DNA of 64,000 bases from an uncultured delta proteobacterium. GTDB lineage: Bacteria; Myxococcota_A; Polyangia; Haliangiales; Haliangiaceae. A model generated the notes under the pieces. The model had not been told where the DNA came from and made no database searches. It worked only from the letters and a program-made list of their open reading frames with translations. A program made the position numbers and the translations under genes. Location of the stretch: positions 4,608,001 through 4,672,000 of the forward strand of contig CAWKDB010000010.1 in the NCBI GenBank assembly GCA_963848295.1, in the 5' to 3' direction. Shown one piece after another: positions 1 through 10,259 of the stretch (its first letter is position 1; each line of letters begins with the position of its first letter).

Positions 1-54
1 AGGATGGCGTTCCTTCGCTTCACGAAACGCCGAGGATCCTGCTCTAATTGCCGG

Positions 55-2979
55 ATGGGCGTTCGTCTGCCGGTCGTGGTCGGCTGCCTACTGGCCGCGG
101 CGTCGGCGCACGCTTTCGTGCCGAAGCACGGTCCCGCGATCGTCGCCGATACGCTGACCGCGTTGCCCGCGGCCGGGACCAGACCGCTGCGCACTCACCG
201 TTCGTTCCGCGTGCAGGCAACCCCGCCGATCGCCTGGCAAGAGTTCGCGGCAGTTGCCGGCCCGAGCTGGCAGGCGACGTGGGACGACGCGACCGGCGTG
301 CCGAGCCAGATGTGGGGCCCGGGCATTCCGGTGCCAGGCGCGAACGCCTCGCCGGTGATCGCGGCGGCGTTCGCGACCCAGATGCTCGCCGATCACATCG
401 CGCTGCTCGCCCCCGGCGCGGCGGCGAGCGACTTTCAGCTCGTGTCGAACTCGAGCGATGGCGCGATTCGCTCGATCGGCTTCGTACAACATGTCGGGGG
501 CACGCTCGTCGTCGGCGGCCAGCTCAGCTTTCGGTTCAAGCGCGATCGACTCTACGTGATCGCATCGGAGGCGCTGCCGAACGTCGCGGCGAAGTTGCCG
601 ATCACGCCGTACGTGGCTCGTGCGCCGGTGGCGACCGCGATCCAGACCGTTCGCACCGCGGTCAACTTGCCGCTCGCGCCGGTGACCGCGCTCGGTGACG
701 ATGTCGTGCTGCCGCTCGTCGGTGATGTCGCGGTGCTCGGCTACCGGGTCGTGACGCCGTATCAGATCGACGGCGGACGCGACGGCCGGTTCATCGCGTA
801 CACCGATCCGAGCAGCGCGGCGGTGATCGCGGTCCGCCAGCTCAACGACTACGTGACCGGCGACGTGCTCTATCACACCGTCGATCGCTATCCGGCGCGA
901 GGCTACAAAGACAATCCAGCGCCGCAGTGCTTCGTCCAGCTCGACGGCACCGCTCAGACGACCGCGCAAGACGGCAGCGTGACGTGGTCGGCCGGCACCG
1001 AGACCGTGACGACGTCGGCGAGCGGCAACCTCGTCGCGATGGTCAATGAAGCGGCCGACGGCCTCGCGGCCTCGACGCAGCTGACGCTCGTGCCGAGCGG
1101 TTCGGTCGTGTGGGACGCGTCGGCGACCGAAGAGGACGACGCGCAGCTCAGCGCGTTCATCGACGTCAACAACGTCAAGGAGTACGTCCGCGCGAACCTC
1201 GATCCGGGCATGCCGAACCTCGAGGCAGCGTTGACCGTGAAGGTCAACCTCGACATGGACTGCAACGCGTTCTTCGACGGAGCCGCGCTCAACTTCTTCC
1301 ACGCGACGACCGATTGCGAGAACACCGCGCTCGTCCAAGACGTCGGCTACCACGAGTTCGGCCACGACGTGCACTACAGCCGAGATCATCGCCGGCGTCG
1401 GTGCGTTCGACGGCGCGATGAGCGAAGGCGCCGCCGATTATCTCGCCGCGAGCGTCACCGAGCGACTCGGGCGTCGGCCGCGGCTTCTACTACAACGACA
1501 TGGCGCTGCGCGACATCGATCCGGTCGGCATGGAGTATCAGTGGCCGATCGATATCGGCGAGATCCACCACACCGGCCTGATCTTCAGCGGCGCGTTCTG
1601 GGATCTGCGCAAGGCGCTGATCGCGCAATACGGGCCGGTGTTCGGGGTCGCGCTCGTCAACCAGCTCTACCTCGGTGCTCTGAGGCGCTCGGTCGACATC
1701 CCGAGCAGCTTCATCGAGACGCTCGCGGCCGACGACGACGACGGCGATCTGTCGAACGGCACGCCGCACGAGTGCGAGATCCGGAAGGCGTTCGGCGCGC
1801 ACGGCCTGCGCGACGTCGGCGGTGACATCGAGGCGCCGGCGACGCTCGACGAAGCCGCGCAATCGATCGGCGTGATCATCGACGTCACCGGGCTGTCCGC
1901 GCGGTGTCCGAGCGATCAGGTCAGCAGCGCGACGTTCTCGTGGTCGCCAGACTTCTTCTTGCCGAAACCCGGATCGGTCGACGCCTCGCTCGCCGGCGTC
2001 GGCCGGTTCTTCGCGCAGCTCCCGCTCGCTCTCGACGACACGGTGTTCTATTCGGCCCGGATCGCGTTCTCTGACGGCAGTCAGATGAACCTTGCCGGAC
2101 AACCGCGCGGACTCGGACTATCAGCTCTACCAGGGTCACACGGTGCCGCTGTACTGCACCGACTTCGAGTCCGAGGACCCGCTCGCGAACGGCTGGACGA
2201 CCGGCGCGGTCGACAGCAGCGGCACGATCGCGTCGCCGTGGACGTGGGGGACGCCGACCTCCGGCGCGAGCAATCCACACGCCGCGTTCTCCGGCAGCCA
2301 CGCGCTGGTCGAGGATCTCGACACCGACTACGCGCCCGACTCGTACTCGTACGTCGCGACGCCGCCGATCGACGTCGGGCAATACACCGACGTGCGCCTG
2401 CAGTATCGCCGCTGGCTCGCGGTCGAAGACGGCAACTTCGATCAAGCGCGGATCACCGCGAACGGCAATCGCGCGTGGTTCAACTACGACTCCCAGATGG
2501 GTGGCTCGAGCACCGACGATCTGATCGACAAGGAGTGGCGGTTCCAGGACGTGCCGCTCACCCAGTTCTTCTCCGGCCACACGCTCACCGTCGGCTGGGA
2601 TCTGATGGCGAACTCCGGCCTCGAGCTCGCGGGCTGGGCGCTCGACGACGTGTGCGTGGTCGCGAACCCGAAATCGATCTGTGGCGACGGCGTGATGTCG
2701 GTCTACGAACAGTGCGACGACGGCTCGGCCAACGCGGACGAGCCCGACAAGTGCCGCACGTATTGCAAGACTCCGGCGTGCGGCGATGGCATCGTCGACA
2801 CCGGCGAGGACTGCGATGACGGTTCGGCGACCGAGACGTGCACCGACAAGTGCAAGGTCATCCCGACCGGCGGCGGGTGCTGCTCGACGAGCGGCGGCGG
2901 CGCCGGCTCGCTGGTGCTCGGCATGTTCGTGCTCGGCGTGGTGCGGCGGCGCGGTTCTAGGCACCCGCCAAGTCGCTAG
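55..2979 (+). CDS. Secreted M4/M36-like zinc metalloprotease with Cys-rich repeats and MYXO-CTERM tail (frameshifted in this sequence)
   Basis: Signal peptide, propeptide-like region, CNAFF..YHEFGHDVH (HExxH), then MSEGAADY in another frame, CGDG repeats and a GGGCCS-TM-RRR tail. The protein is continuous across ORFs 4..1581, 1418.., 1500.. and 2092..2979, with shifts near 1381, 1460 and 2090. Confidence 0.75.
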
Positions 2980-3557
2980 TCGTCAGCCTCGTCGCCGAAC
3001 AACTCGGAGACATCGAGCTCGATGGCTTCGAACGGTTCGGCTCGAACGCGATCTCCGGAGGTCGCGGTGACGATCACCGTGTAACCGGCGGTGGCCCACC
3101 GATGGACGAGCAAGATCTTCTCCTCCGGATGCAGCGCCCAGTAATGCGGCACCTCCGCTGCGTGCAAGATCCTTGGCTTGACCACCAGGTCCTGGCGCTC
3201 GTGCTTGGGCGAAATGATCTCGCACACCCAATCGGGCCGGAGTCGGACGGGCCAACCTGTCGGTCGCTCGGGGGTTCGATCGCGACGCCAGCCGGCTGCA
3301 TCGTGGCAATACACTTCGCCGGTCGCATACTCGACGTGGATCTCGGTCAAGATCCACCAGCCGCCCGGGCCGCGCTTCCCGGGGCGACGATTGAATCCGT
3401 GCAACACACCGCCGAGCCGGCTCTCTGCAAAACTGTGCTCGGGCGAAGGAGAGGCCTTTTCGACGATCGTCCCGCCGATGATCTCGAGTCGGTCGTTCGC
3501 AGAGATCGCACCGAGGTCCGCAGCCGTGGCGGGCTTGAGCTTGGAAGGTGCGGCCAT
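2976..3557 (-). CDS. Uma2 (DUF820) family endonuclease-like protein
   Basis: LEIIGG...PSPEH, PDWVCEIISP and VPHYW motifs; GGAGGG Shine-Dalgarno (SD). Confidence 0.85.
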   Translation of the reverse strand: MAAPSKLKPATAADLGAISANDRLEIIGGTIVEKASPSPEHSFAESRLGGVLHGFNRRPGKRGPGGWWILTEIHVEYATGEVYCHDAAGWRRDRTPERPTGWPVRLRPDWVCEIISPKHERQDLVVKPRILHAAEVPHYWALHPEEKILLVHRWATAGYTVIVTATSGDRVRAEPFEAIELDVSELFGDEADD

Positions 3558-3603
3558 CGCCCTCCTATGCTACCGCGAGTCGATGGCGCAGCCTCGGCGG
3601 ATC

Positions 3604-4101
3604 CTAGTCGAAGCGCAGACCGGCGATCTGCGCGGCGGCGTTAGCACCGTGGAGCGCGTCGCGCTTGAGTGCGGCGAGCTCGACGCGCAGTGGGTCGGCG
3701 TCGGCGAGGCTCGCGAGCTTGCCGGCGAGCGAGCGCGACCGCGACGCAAACGCGAAGCCGGTGCTGGTCACCGGAGGCGCGGTGATGACCTCGGTGGAAT
3801 GGTCGGTGATCGCAGCCCAGGGCGCGGACTCGTGTGCGGCGCGTGGCCACGCCAGCGTCGCGACCAACACGGCCGCCATCGCGGTCGCCGCGAGCGCCGG
3901 CCACACCATCGCCGGTCGACGCGCGTTCGGCCTCGGAGCCCTCGGCGCTGCCACCGTCAACCGGTCGTGCAACGCGTAGAGCCGAGTCGCGACGGTACGG
4001 CACCGCTCGCAGGTCTCGAGGTGACGCGCCACGGAAGGGCGACGCTCCCCATCGCCGTCGAGCTCCGACGACAGCTGCCAACGCACGATGAAGCAGGTCA
4101 T
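3604..4101 (-). CDS. Zinc-binding anti-sigma factor (zf-HC2)
   Basis: MTC..LSSELDG..HLETCERC (HxxxCxxC) followed by a TM helix; ATGA overlap with the ECF gene. Confidence 0.8.
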   Translation of the reverse strand: MTCFIVRWQLSSELDGDGERRPSVARHLETCERCRTVATRLYALHDRLTVAAPRAPRPNARRPAMVWPALAATAMAAVLVATLAWPRAAHESAPWAAITDHSTEVITAPPVTSTGFAFASRSRSLAGKLASLADADPLRVELAALKRDALHGANAAAQIAGLRFD

Positions 4102-4613
4102 GGCACCGTCTCCTTCATTAGCTTTCCACGAGCGCGGAACAAAAGCACCTTGGTTCCGACCACCGACTTGCCGAGCTCGCGCGCGACCTCGCGGACCTCG
4201 AGATCGCGGGCGTAGCGCAGCCACAGCGCGCGATACGCCTGCTCGGTCAGCACGCGGCGCGCGGTCTGCCAGACGGCATCGTCTCGGTCGGCGATCGGCG
4301 CCTCGCTGACCACCGGCTCGCCCTCGCTTTCGACGCGCTCGCGGCGCTGCTGGGCGATCCGGTAGTTGATCGCGGTGTTCTTGCCGATCGCGAACAACCA
4401 GGTCGAGAACTTGCGCGCGGGATCGTAGCTCGCGAGGTGCTGGTATGCGCGAGCGAGTGTCTCTTGCGCCACGTCGTCGGCATCCGACGGTGCCGCCACG
4501 CGACGCGCCAAGAACGCGACGAGCGGCGGCCTCACTCGCGTCACGAGCTCGTCGAAGCTCGCTCGATCACCGCGCTGGGCGCGGACCGCCAAGTCTTCCA
4601 ACGACACGTCCAT
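4098..4613 (-). CDS. ECF RNA polymerase sigma factor
   Basis: DADDVAQE, FSTWLFAIGKN (region 2); EVARELGKSVVGTKVLLFRAR (region 4). Confidence 0.9.
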   Translation of the reverse strand: MDVSLEDLAVRAQRGDRASFDELVTRVRPPLVAFLARRVAAPSDADDVAQETLARAYQHLASYDPARKFSTWLFAIGKNTAINYRIAQQRRERVESEGEPVVSEAPIADRDDAVWQTARRVLTEQAYRALWLRYARDLEVREVARELGKSVVGTKVLLFRARGKLMKETVP

Positions 4614-4618
4614 CGGGA

Positions 4619-5560
4619 TCAGTTGATCTTTGCATTTACCGCGTTGTTGCTGATCAGCAGCTTGACGAGATCCGCCGTCGGCATCGCGAACGCGACGTCG
4701 GTGGTCGTGCCGGAGATCGAGATCTTCACGTTCTTCGTGATCTGGGCGAACTGCTTGTTCTCGTCTGCGAGTGCGGCGAGCGCGAGCAGGCCGTCGAGCA
4801 CGCTCTTGACCTTCTGCGCGCCGTCGAGCGTCGCCATCGTCGCGGTGGCACGAGCGCGGAGCTCGCCGCCGAACTCCCCGATGTCGAGCGCCACCGCGGA
4901 CATCTCGGTCTGGAGCAGCGTCGAGCCGGCTGCCTTGCGGACGTCGTCGAGCATGCCCTTGCCGAGCACCACGAACAGGAACATGCCGCGGTCCATCGTC
5001 GCCGGCAGCTGCTTCGCGGTCAGGCTCGCCGCCTTGCCTTGGCTGACCGCGATCGTGCGGTCGAGGTCCGCGACGCGATCGGACACCCCGACGACGTTGC
5101 CGAACACCGCGACCGTGACCGGCTTGGCGTCGAGCGTGATCGTATAGCGACCGCCCTGCACCTTCTGGCCAGCGAGCATCGCGATCGAATTGGCAAAATC
5201 ATTCGCAGCGGCGACCCCGGGAAACTCGAACATCACGACGCCCTGGGTGTCGGCCTTGTCGTCGGGCTTCGCGCCCGCCGGGTGCGGCGAGTCTGCGAGC
5301 CACAGCGTGATCGCGGAGCAATTCTTCTCGAGCTGCGCGATGACGGGCTTGGCCTTGACCAGCTCGGCGTCGTCCTTATCGGCGGCGAGCGCCGCCTCCA
5401 GCATCTTCATCAGGCTGGACGCTCGGAACGCATCGACATCCAGGTGGCCGACGCCCGCGGCGTCCGCGGGGATCCGGTGCAGATCGAGCGGGGTCGCCTC
5501 CGCAGCCGGGACGAAGATCAAGGCGAGACCGAGTGCGAATCCGAGGAACATGTGGCGCAT
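4619..5560 (-). CDS. Secreted hypothetical protein upstream of the ECF/anti-sigma pair
   Basis: Signal peptide MRHMFLGFALGLALIFVPAAEA; protein-like composition; 5 nt gap to the sigma gene. Confidence 0.7.
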   Translation of the reverse strand: MRHMFLGFALGLALIFVPAAEATPLDLHRIPADAAGVGHLDVDAFRASSLMKMLEAALAADKDDAELVKAKPVIAQLEKNCSAITLWLADSPHPAGAKPDDKADTQGVVMFEFPGVAAANDFANSIAMLAGQKVQGGRYTITLDAKPVTVAVFGNVVGVSDRVADLDRTIAVSQGKAASLTAKQLPATMDRGMFLFVVLGKGMLDDVRKAAGSTLLQTEMSAVALDIGEFGGELRARATATMATLDGAQKVKSVLDGLLALAALADENKQFAQITKNVKISISGTTTDVAFAMPTADLVKLLISNNAVNAKIN

Positions 5561-5610
5561 ATGCCGCTGATACAACGGCCGGGTGCCCCGGGTTACACGG
5601 GCGGCCAAGA

Positions 5611-5997
5611 TCAGCGCAGATCGTTGCCGTCGACCCAGCCGTCGCCGTTGCGGTCGAGCCGGCGCAACCGGCGCTGTTCGCGCAGCGGCACTTCGCCCGG
5701 GCCCGCAACACCATCGCCGTTGCGATCGTAGCGCTGGACCGCGCCGTTGATCTCGCGGCGTTCGGCGCGGCGCTCTTGGCGGACGAGCCGCCGCTCGATT
5801 TGGTGCAGCGCGCGGATCGCGTGGCGCCGTTCGTTCGGCTCGAGCCGGCCGTCGTGGTTGCGATCGAACCGCTCGAGCAAGGCTTGGCGCAGCTCGCCGC
5901 GCTGCTGAGGCGGACCAACAAGACGATCCGCGCGTGCGGCCCCACCAAGTGCGGCGAGCGAGAGCACCGAGGCGGCGATCAAACTTACGAGCTTCAT
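5611..5997 (-). CDS. Secreted EF-hand protein
   Basis: Signal peptide; loops DRNHDGRLEPNE, DRNGDGVAGPGE and DRNGDGWVDGND. Confidence 0.8.
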   Translation of the reverse strand: MKLVSLIAASVLSLAALGGAARADRLVGPPQQRGELRQALLERFDRNHDGRLEPNERRHAIRALHQIERRLVRQERRAERREINGAVQRYDRNGDGVAGPGEVPLREQRRLRRLDRNGDGWVDGNDLR

Positions 5998-6003
5998 GCC
6001 CGG

Positions 6004-6030
6004 TTCGACTCACGTCGCCCGAGGAAGTTA
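6004..6030 (-). promoter_or_regulatory. Putative ECF-type promoter of the EF-hand gene
   Basis: Minus strand TAAC-N17-GTCGAA ending 6 nt before the ATG at 5997. Confidence 0.4.
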
Positions 6031-6056
6031 AGCAGGTCGCGATGTAGTCGCGTTGC

Positions 6057-8021
6057 CTACGGGCAGGGGTCGGTGAGTCCGCCGGGCGCTGGGATCGTCG
6101 GCACGCCATCGCGCAAATAGCTCTCGAGGAAGCAACCATACTGGTGCTTCACGCTGTCGAGCTGGCGATAGATGTAGTGCGGATCGATGATGCCGTCGCC
6201 GTTGAACTGCACGACCGCGCGCGTGTAGCCGTCGCGGTTGCCCTTGACCGGGTACGTCATCAGACCGCTGGTGCCGTCGAGCGCGAGTGCGTCCTGCATC
6301 GTCGGCCAGACCTCGTCTCCGGCTTCGGTGTTGCCGTACGACAGTGCGGCGGCGTCGTAGACGTCCGTCGGGAAGTACGTGTCGCCCTTGCCGACCGGCT
6401 CGTAGATATGGCGGATCGGCATGCCGGGCAACGGGCGGTCGCCGAGGCGCGACATCGCCGCGACCGGCTCGGCGATCTCCCAGCCAAGCGCGATCGTGTT
6501 CATCGCCGGATGCAGGAACGTCGCGCTGTCCTCGTCGATCCCGAGCGCCGCGGTCAGCAGGTCCCTCGCGCCGGGCACGCTCGCGGTCTCGAGGATCATC
6601 AGGTTCCAGAAGCCGCCGGCGCCGGTCGGCACGAGCGCGCCGAATCGCGGCTCGATCGAGCCCACCAGGTTCGTGTACATGCCGCCCATCGATTGGCCGC
6701 CGGCCATGCGATTGCTGGCATCGAACGAGTAGCTGCCGGTCGTCGTCGAGATCCCGGTGCAGCCGGCGAGCGTCGCCGCGGGAATCTGCAGCGTCTCGAG
6801 CGCGTCGGTGAGCAGCCGTTGCTCGAACACGCCCTGCTGGAACGTGAACGGCAGCGCCGCGACGTTGTTGATGCTGAGGTACTCGTAGTCGGTCGCACCG
6901 GGGAAGCGCTCGGGGTTGAGCGGCAACGCCGAGGACACCGCGGCGATGCCGTGCAGCGCGACGACATAGCCCGGACCTTTGCCCGGCTCGGGATCGTCGC
7001 TCGAGTCGGGCGAGCGGCCGAGATCGACGAGCCCGCTCGAGAGTCCGCCGGAGCCGTGGAAGAATTGATAGAGCGGAAAGCCGTTCGCGGGCATCGCGAG
7101 CTTCGGCAGCGTGATGACGACCGGGATGGTCATCATCGTCTGCATCTGCGGCACGTCGTTGCCATCGACGACGAAGATGCCATCGCTGTTGAACGGCGGC
7201 GTCCCGGTCTGGAACTGCGGCACGGTGAGCGTGCCGTCGAGTCGGCAGAAGCCGTCGTAGGTGTCGCCGCCGGTGAGCGCGAGGTTGTCGACCGTGACGT
7301 GATACGCGGCGCGGATCGCTTCCGAGCGCTTGAACAGTCGGCCGACCTCGTCGCCGGTCGTGAACACGGTCGCGATGAGCACGTCGTCGGTTGCGATCCC
7401 GGCGGACGCGAGCGCGGGCCACAGCGGCGCATACAGCGTTGCGGCAGCGGCCCCTCGGTCGCCACTCGGCGTCTTGCCGGCGGCGAGCTCGGCGAACGCG
7501 GCGGGTTGCGTGAAGCCCGGTGCGAACGACGTGCGCAGCACGTACGCGTACGTCGTCGCGGGGCGAAGCACGATGCCAGGACGCGGCGCGATGCCGACGA
7601 GGTTCGTCGGCGTATAGCCGTCGGGTACGAGCGTCTGAGCGACGGTGGCGTACTCGGTGCCGAGCTCGGGCGAGGTCGGATCGATGTCGATCAGCACGAC
7701 GTCGCCGCCCGGTGCGATCACATCGCCGATCGCGCGATCGGGAATCGTGGCGGTGAACCGGAAGTACGCCGCGGGCATCGACGTCCAGCCCGTGTGCGCG
7801 GGGACGTTCGACAGCACGTTCTCCACGAGCGGGACGTCGCGCGCGTTGAGGAACCCGGTCATGTCCGGCGCGCCATTCGCGTCGAGCCGGAGGTCCGACG
7901 GGAACGGCAGGTCATAGAACGATTGATCGGCGAGCGGGCTGCTCAGATCGAACACCGCGGTCGATGAGGTCGAATCACCGCCGCACGAGACCACGAGCGC
8001 GACTGCGAGAATCCGTTTCAT
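6057..8021 (-). CDS. Lipoprotein alpha/beta-hydrolase (secreted lipase-like, PFPSD N-terminal domain)
   Basis: Lipobox VVSC; LPFPSDL; FFHGSGG; nucleophile GQSMGG; C-terminal DPH. Confidence 0.7.
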   Translation of the reverse strand: MKRILAVALVVSCGGDSTSSTAVFDLSSPLADQSFYDLPFPSDLRLDANGAPDMTGFLNARDVPLVENVLSNVPAHTGWTSMPAAYFRFTATIPDRAIGDVIAPGGDVVLIDIDPTSPELGTEYATVAQTLVPDGYTPTNLVGIAPRPGIVLRPATTYAYVLRTSFAPGFTQPAAFAELAAGKTPSGDRGAAAATLYAPLWPALASAGIATDDVLIATVFTTGDEVGRLFKRSEAIRAAYHVTVDNLALTGGDTYDGFCRLDGTLTVPQFQTGTPPFNSDGIFVVDGNDVPQMQTMMTIPVVITLPKLAMPANGFPLYQFFHGSGGLSSGLVDLGRSPDSSDDPEPGKGPGYVVALHGIAAVSSALPLNPERFPGATDYEYLSINNVAALPFTFQQGVFEQRLLTDALETLQIPAATLAGCTGISTTTGSYSFDASNRMAGGQSMGGMYTNLVGSIEPRFGALVPTGAGGFWNLMILETASVPGARDLLTAALGIDEDSATFLHPAMNTIALGWEIAEPVAAMSRLGDRPLPGMPIRHIYEPVGKGDTYFPTDVYDAAALSYGNTEAGDEVWPTMQDALALDGTSGLMTYPVKGNRDGYTRAVVQFNGDGIIDPHYIYRQLDSVKHQYGCFLESYLRDGVPTIPAPGGLTDPCP

Positions 8022-8107
8022 GGCGCGTGAATATAGAGAGCCTGGCGTACGAAGCGACGAATAGTTACAGCCCGATGACCCGGGGTCTGCAACGAACGTG
8101 AGCCGGA

Positions 8108-9385
8108 TTACCCGGAGATCGTGCGGCGCGGGGCGCGATACCTCGGCGGGACCCTCGCGGCGGTCCTGACCTTGTCGAGGATCGCGTGCGCGAGCTCGGC
8201 GTCGTCGGGGATGAACGGCACGCCGACCGCATCGAACAGCGGGCGATCGCTGTCGGACACCTGGCCGATCAAGCAGACCTCGCCCTTGGGTCCGTCGGGC
8301 AAGCCGCGCGCGTACATGATCAGCTCGAGCGCGTTCATCACGCCGCGCAACGACGAATCGACGAGCACGAGATCCGGCTGATCGCGGTTGAGCTTGTGAG
8401 CCGCATCGGTGCCTTCGCTCGCGATCTCGACGTTGACCGATGCCTGAGCGCGGCGCGCCAGGCTCCACAACCAGCGTGCGCGTGCGGTGTCGTCATCCAC
8501 GATCAACACGCGTAGCGTGCGAGTCGCGGCGCCGAGGCGTTCGATGATCGCTTCGAGCTGGAGCAACACCTCGGCTGCGGAGCGCGGCCGCATGGCGGGA
8601 TGTTTGACGAGCAGCCACTCGACCAGATCCGACAGCTCGCTCGGTAGGTCGGGTCGCAGATCGGCGATGCGCGGTGGTGGCTCGTGCGCGTGCCCACGCA
8701 GCTCGTTGGCCGCATCCTCGTCGGCGAACGGCGGTAAGCCGCGCGCGAGCTCGATCGCGACGCAACCAAGGCCATAGAGATCGATCGCTTCGGCGGCGGC
8801 CGGATCGTGTGCGACCGCGGTGCCGAGCACGATCTCGGGCGCGAGCACCTGGCCGTGCGGGCCGAACGCAGGCACCTGAGACAGCGAGAGTCGACCGAGC
8901 ACCATCCGTCCATCGGCGCAGAGCAAGACGGTCGAGCCCGAGATGTCGCCGACCGCGATGCCACTCTCGTGCGAGCGCACGACCGCCGCGACCAGCGTGC
9001 GCAGCCGATCGAGATAGACGCCCGGAGGTGGAGGCGTGTCGAGCACGTCGCGCAGCAGCTGGCCGACGACGCGTTCGCCGACGACATACTCGGCTCCGTT
9101 GTGGTTGCCCATGCCGTGCATCTGGACCGAGCACGGGTCGCGGACCGCGGCGCAACGCCGTGCTTCGAGGATCAGCGACGGCGTGCCGGGGTCGCGCCAC
9201 GCGAGCTTGAACGCGACCGGGCGGTCGAGCAGCATGTCGCGGGCCTCGAACACGACGCCGGTATCGGTGCGCGCGATCTCGTCCTTGATCGCGTACGTCG
9301 AGTTGATCACCTCGCCCTGGGCGAGCGATCGCACCGGGCTTTCGCGAAATCCCGGCGGCGCACTGAACGATCCCGAGCGAGACAC
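8108..9385 (-). CDS. Degenerate Ser/Thr kinase (pseudokinase) fused to an atypical receiver domain
   Basis: VAFK, APE and DLYGLG retained; HRDLKPxN replaced by VGDISGST; DFG replaced by RLS; C-terminal LRVLIVDDD..PDLVLVD. Confidence 0.7.
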   Translation of the reverse strand: MSRSGSFSAPPGFRESPVRSLAQGEVINSTYAIKDEIARTDTGVVFEARDMLLDRPVAFKLAWRDPGTPSLILEARRCAAVRDPCSVQMHGMGNHNGAEYVVGERVVGQLLRDVLDTPPPPGVYLDRLRTLVAAVVRSHESGIAVGDISGSTVLLCADGRMVLGRLSLSQVPAFGPHGQVLAPEIVLGTAVAHDPAAAEAIDLYGLGCVAIELARGLPPFADEDAANELRGHAHEPPPRIADLRPDLPSELSDLVEWLLVKHPAMRPRSAAEVLLQLEAIIERLGAATRTLRVLIVDDDTARARWLWSLARRAQASVNVEIASEGTDAAHKLNRDQPDLVLVDSSLRGVMNALELIMYARGLPDGPKGEVCLIGQVSDSDRPLFDAVGVPFIPDDAELAHAILDKVRTAARVPPRYRAPRRTISG

Positions 9386-9398
9386 GACCTCGGGTGTA

Positions 9399-10247
9399 TC
9401 ACGGCCACGCCATCGCGACCGCGCCCGCCGCGACCAACGCGGCCCCGGCGATCTGCGGTGCGCGCGGCTTCTCGCCCATCGCTGCGGCGAGCATCGTCGC
9501 GAACAGGACCGAGGTATTGCGCGCGGTCAAAGCGAACCCCGCGCCGCTCGACGCGAGCGCCTGGATCAGCAGCAAGAACGAACCACCGCAGATCACGCCC
9601 ATCAACGCGACCCGCAGTGTACGCGTACGCAGCAACGCGATCGCGACGCGGCGGCCGGCGCGGCCGAGGCGCACGTAGTTGATCGCGGTCGCGAGCCCGA
9701 GCGCGAGCGCGAACACCGCCGACGAGCTGCCGCCCGCCTCCATCGCCGCCTTGTACGCGAGGTGATAGCCGGCGATCGCGCCCGCACAGGCGATCGTCCA
9801 GGGCAGCGCGCGCCGCGGCATCGACGCCGATCCGGACGTGCGGCCGGCCAGCGCGACACCGGCGAGCACCGCGACGCTGCCTGCGATCGCTCCGGGCGTC
9901 GCGACCTCGGAGAACCACGCGATCGACAGCGGCCAGATCACGAGGATCGCGCCGCCGCGCGACACGGTGTAGACCGGCCCGAGCGGGCCACGGTCGAGCG
10001 CGCGTGCGAGCGTGACGAAGTAGGCGAGCTCGAGCACGCCAGCCGACAGCGACCACGCGATCGACGCGGTCGTCGGCAGCGGCGGCACCCCGGTCGCGGC
10101 CCAGCGCGCCCCGGCGACGACGGCGGCGAGCACCGTCGCGACGGTCACCGCGGCGACGAGCGCGCGGTCTTTGTCGGCTTCGAGCCGGAGCAGCGCATTC
10201 CACAGCGCATGCAAGAACGCCGAGGCCAAGACCAGCGCGATGTCCAC
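9399..10247 (-). CDS. EamA/DMT family transporter
   Basis: SAFLHALWNALL, VYTVSRG and RNTSVLFA..GEK motifs; many TM helices. Confidence 0.85.
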   Translation of the reverse strand: MDIALVLASAFLHALWNALLRLEADKDRALVAAVTVATVLAAVVAGARWAATGVPPLPTTASIAWSLSAGVLELAYFVTLARALDRGPLGPVYTVSRGGAILVIWPLSIAWFSEVATPGAIAGSVAVLAGVALAGRTSGSASMPRRALPWTIACAGAIAGYHLAYKAAMEAGGSSSAVFALALGLATAINYVRLGRAGRRVAIALLRTRTLRVALMGVICGGSFLLLIQALASSGAGFALTARNTSVLFATMLAAAMGEKPRAPQIAGAALVAAGAVAMAWP

Positions 10248-10259
10248 GTCGGACCCAGC

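Noticed and set aside
2976..3557. Uma2 as part of a defence system
   Set aside because: It is solitary, with no methylase or partner gene, and the family is commonly expanded in myxobacteria.
6002..6011. GGTTCGACTC as a tRNA T-arm or att remnant
   Set aside because: There is no cloverleaf around it; it is better explained as a minus-strand promoter element.
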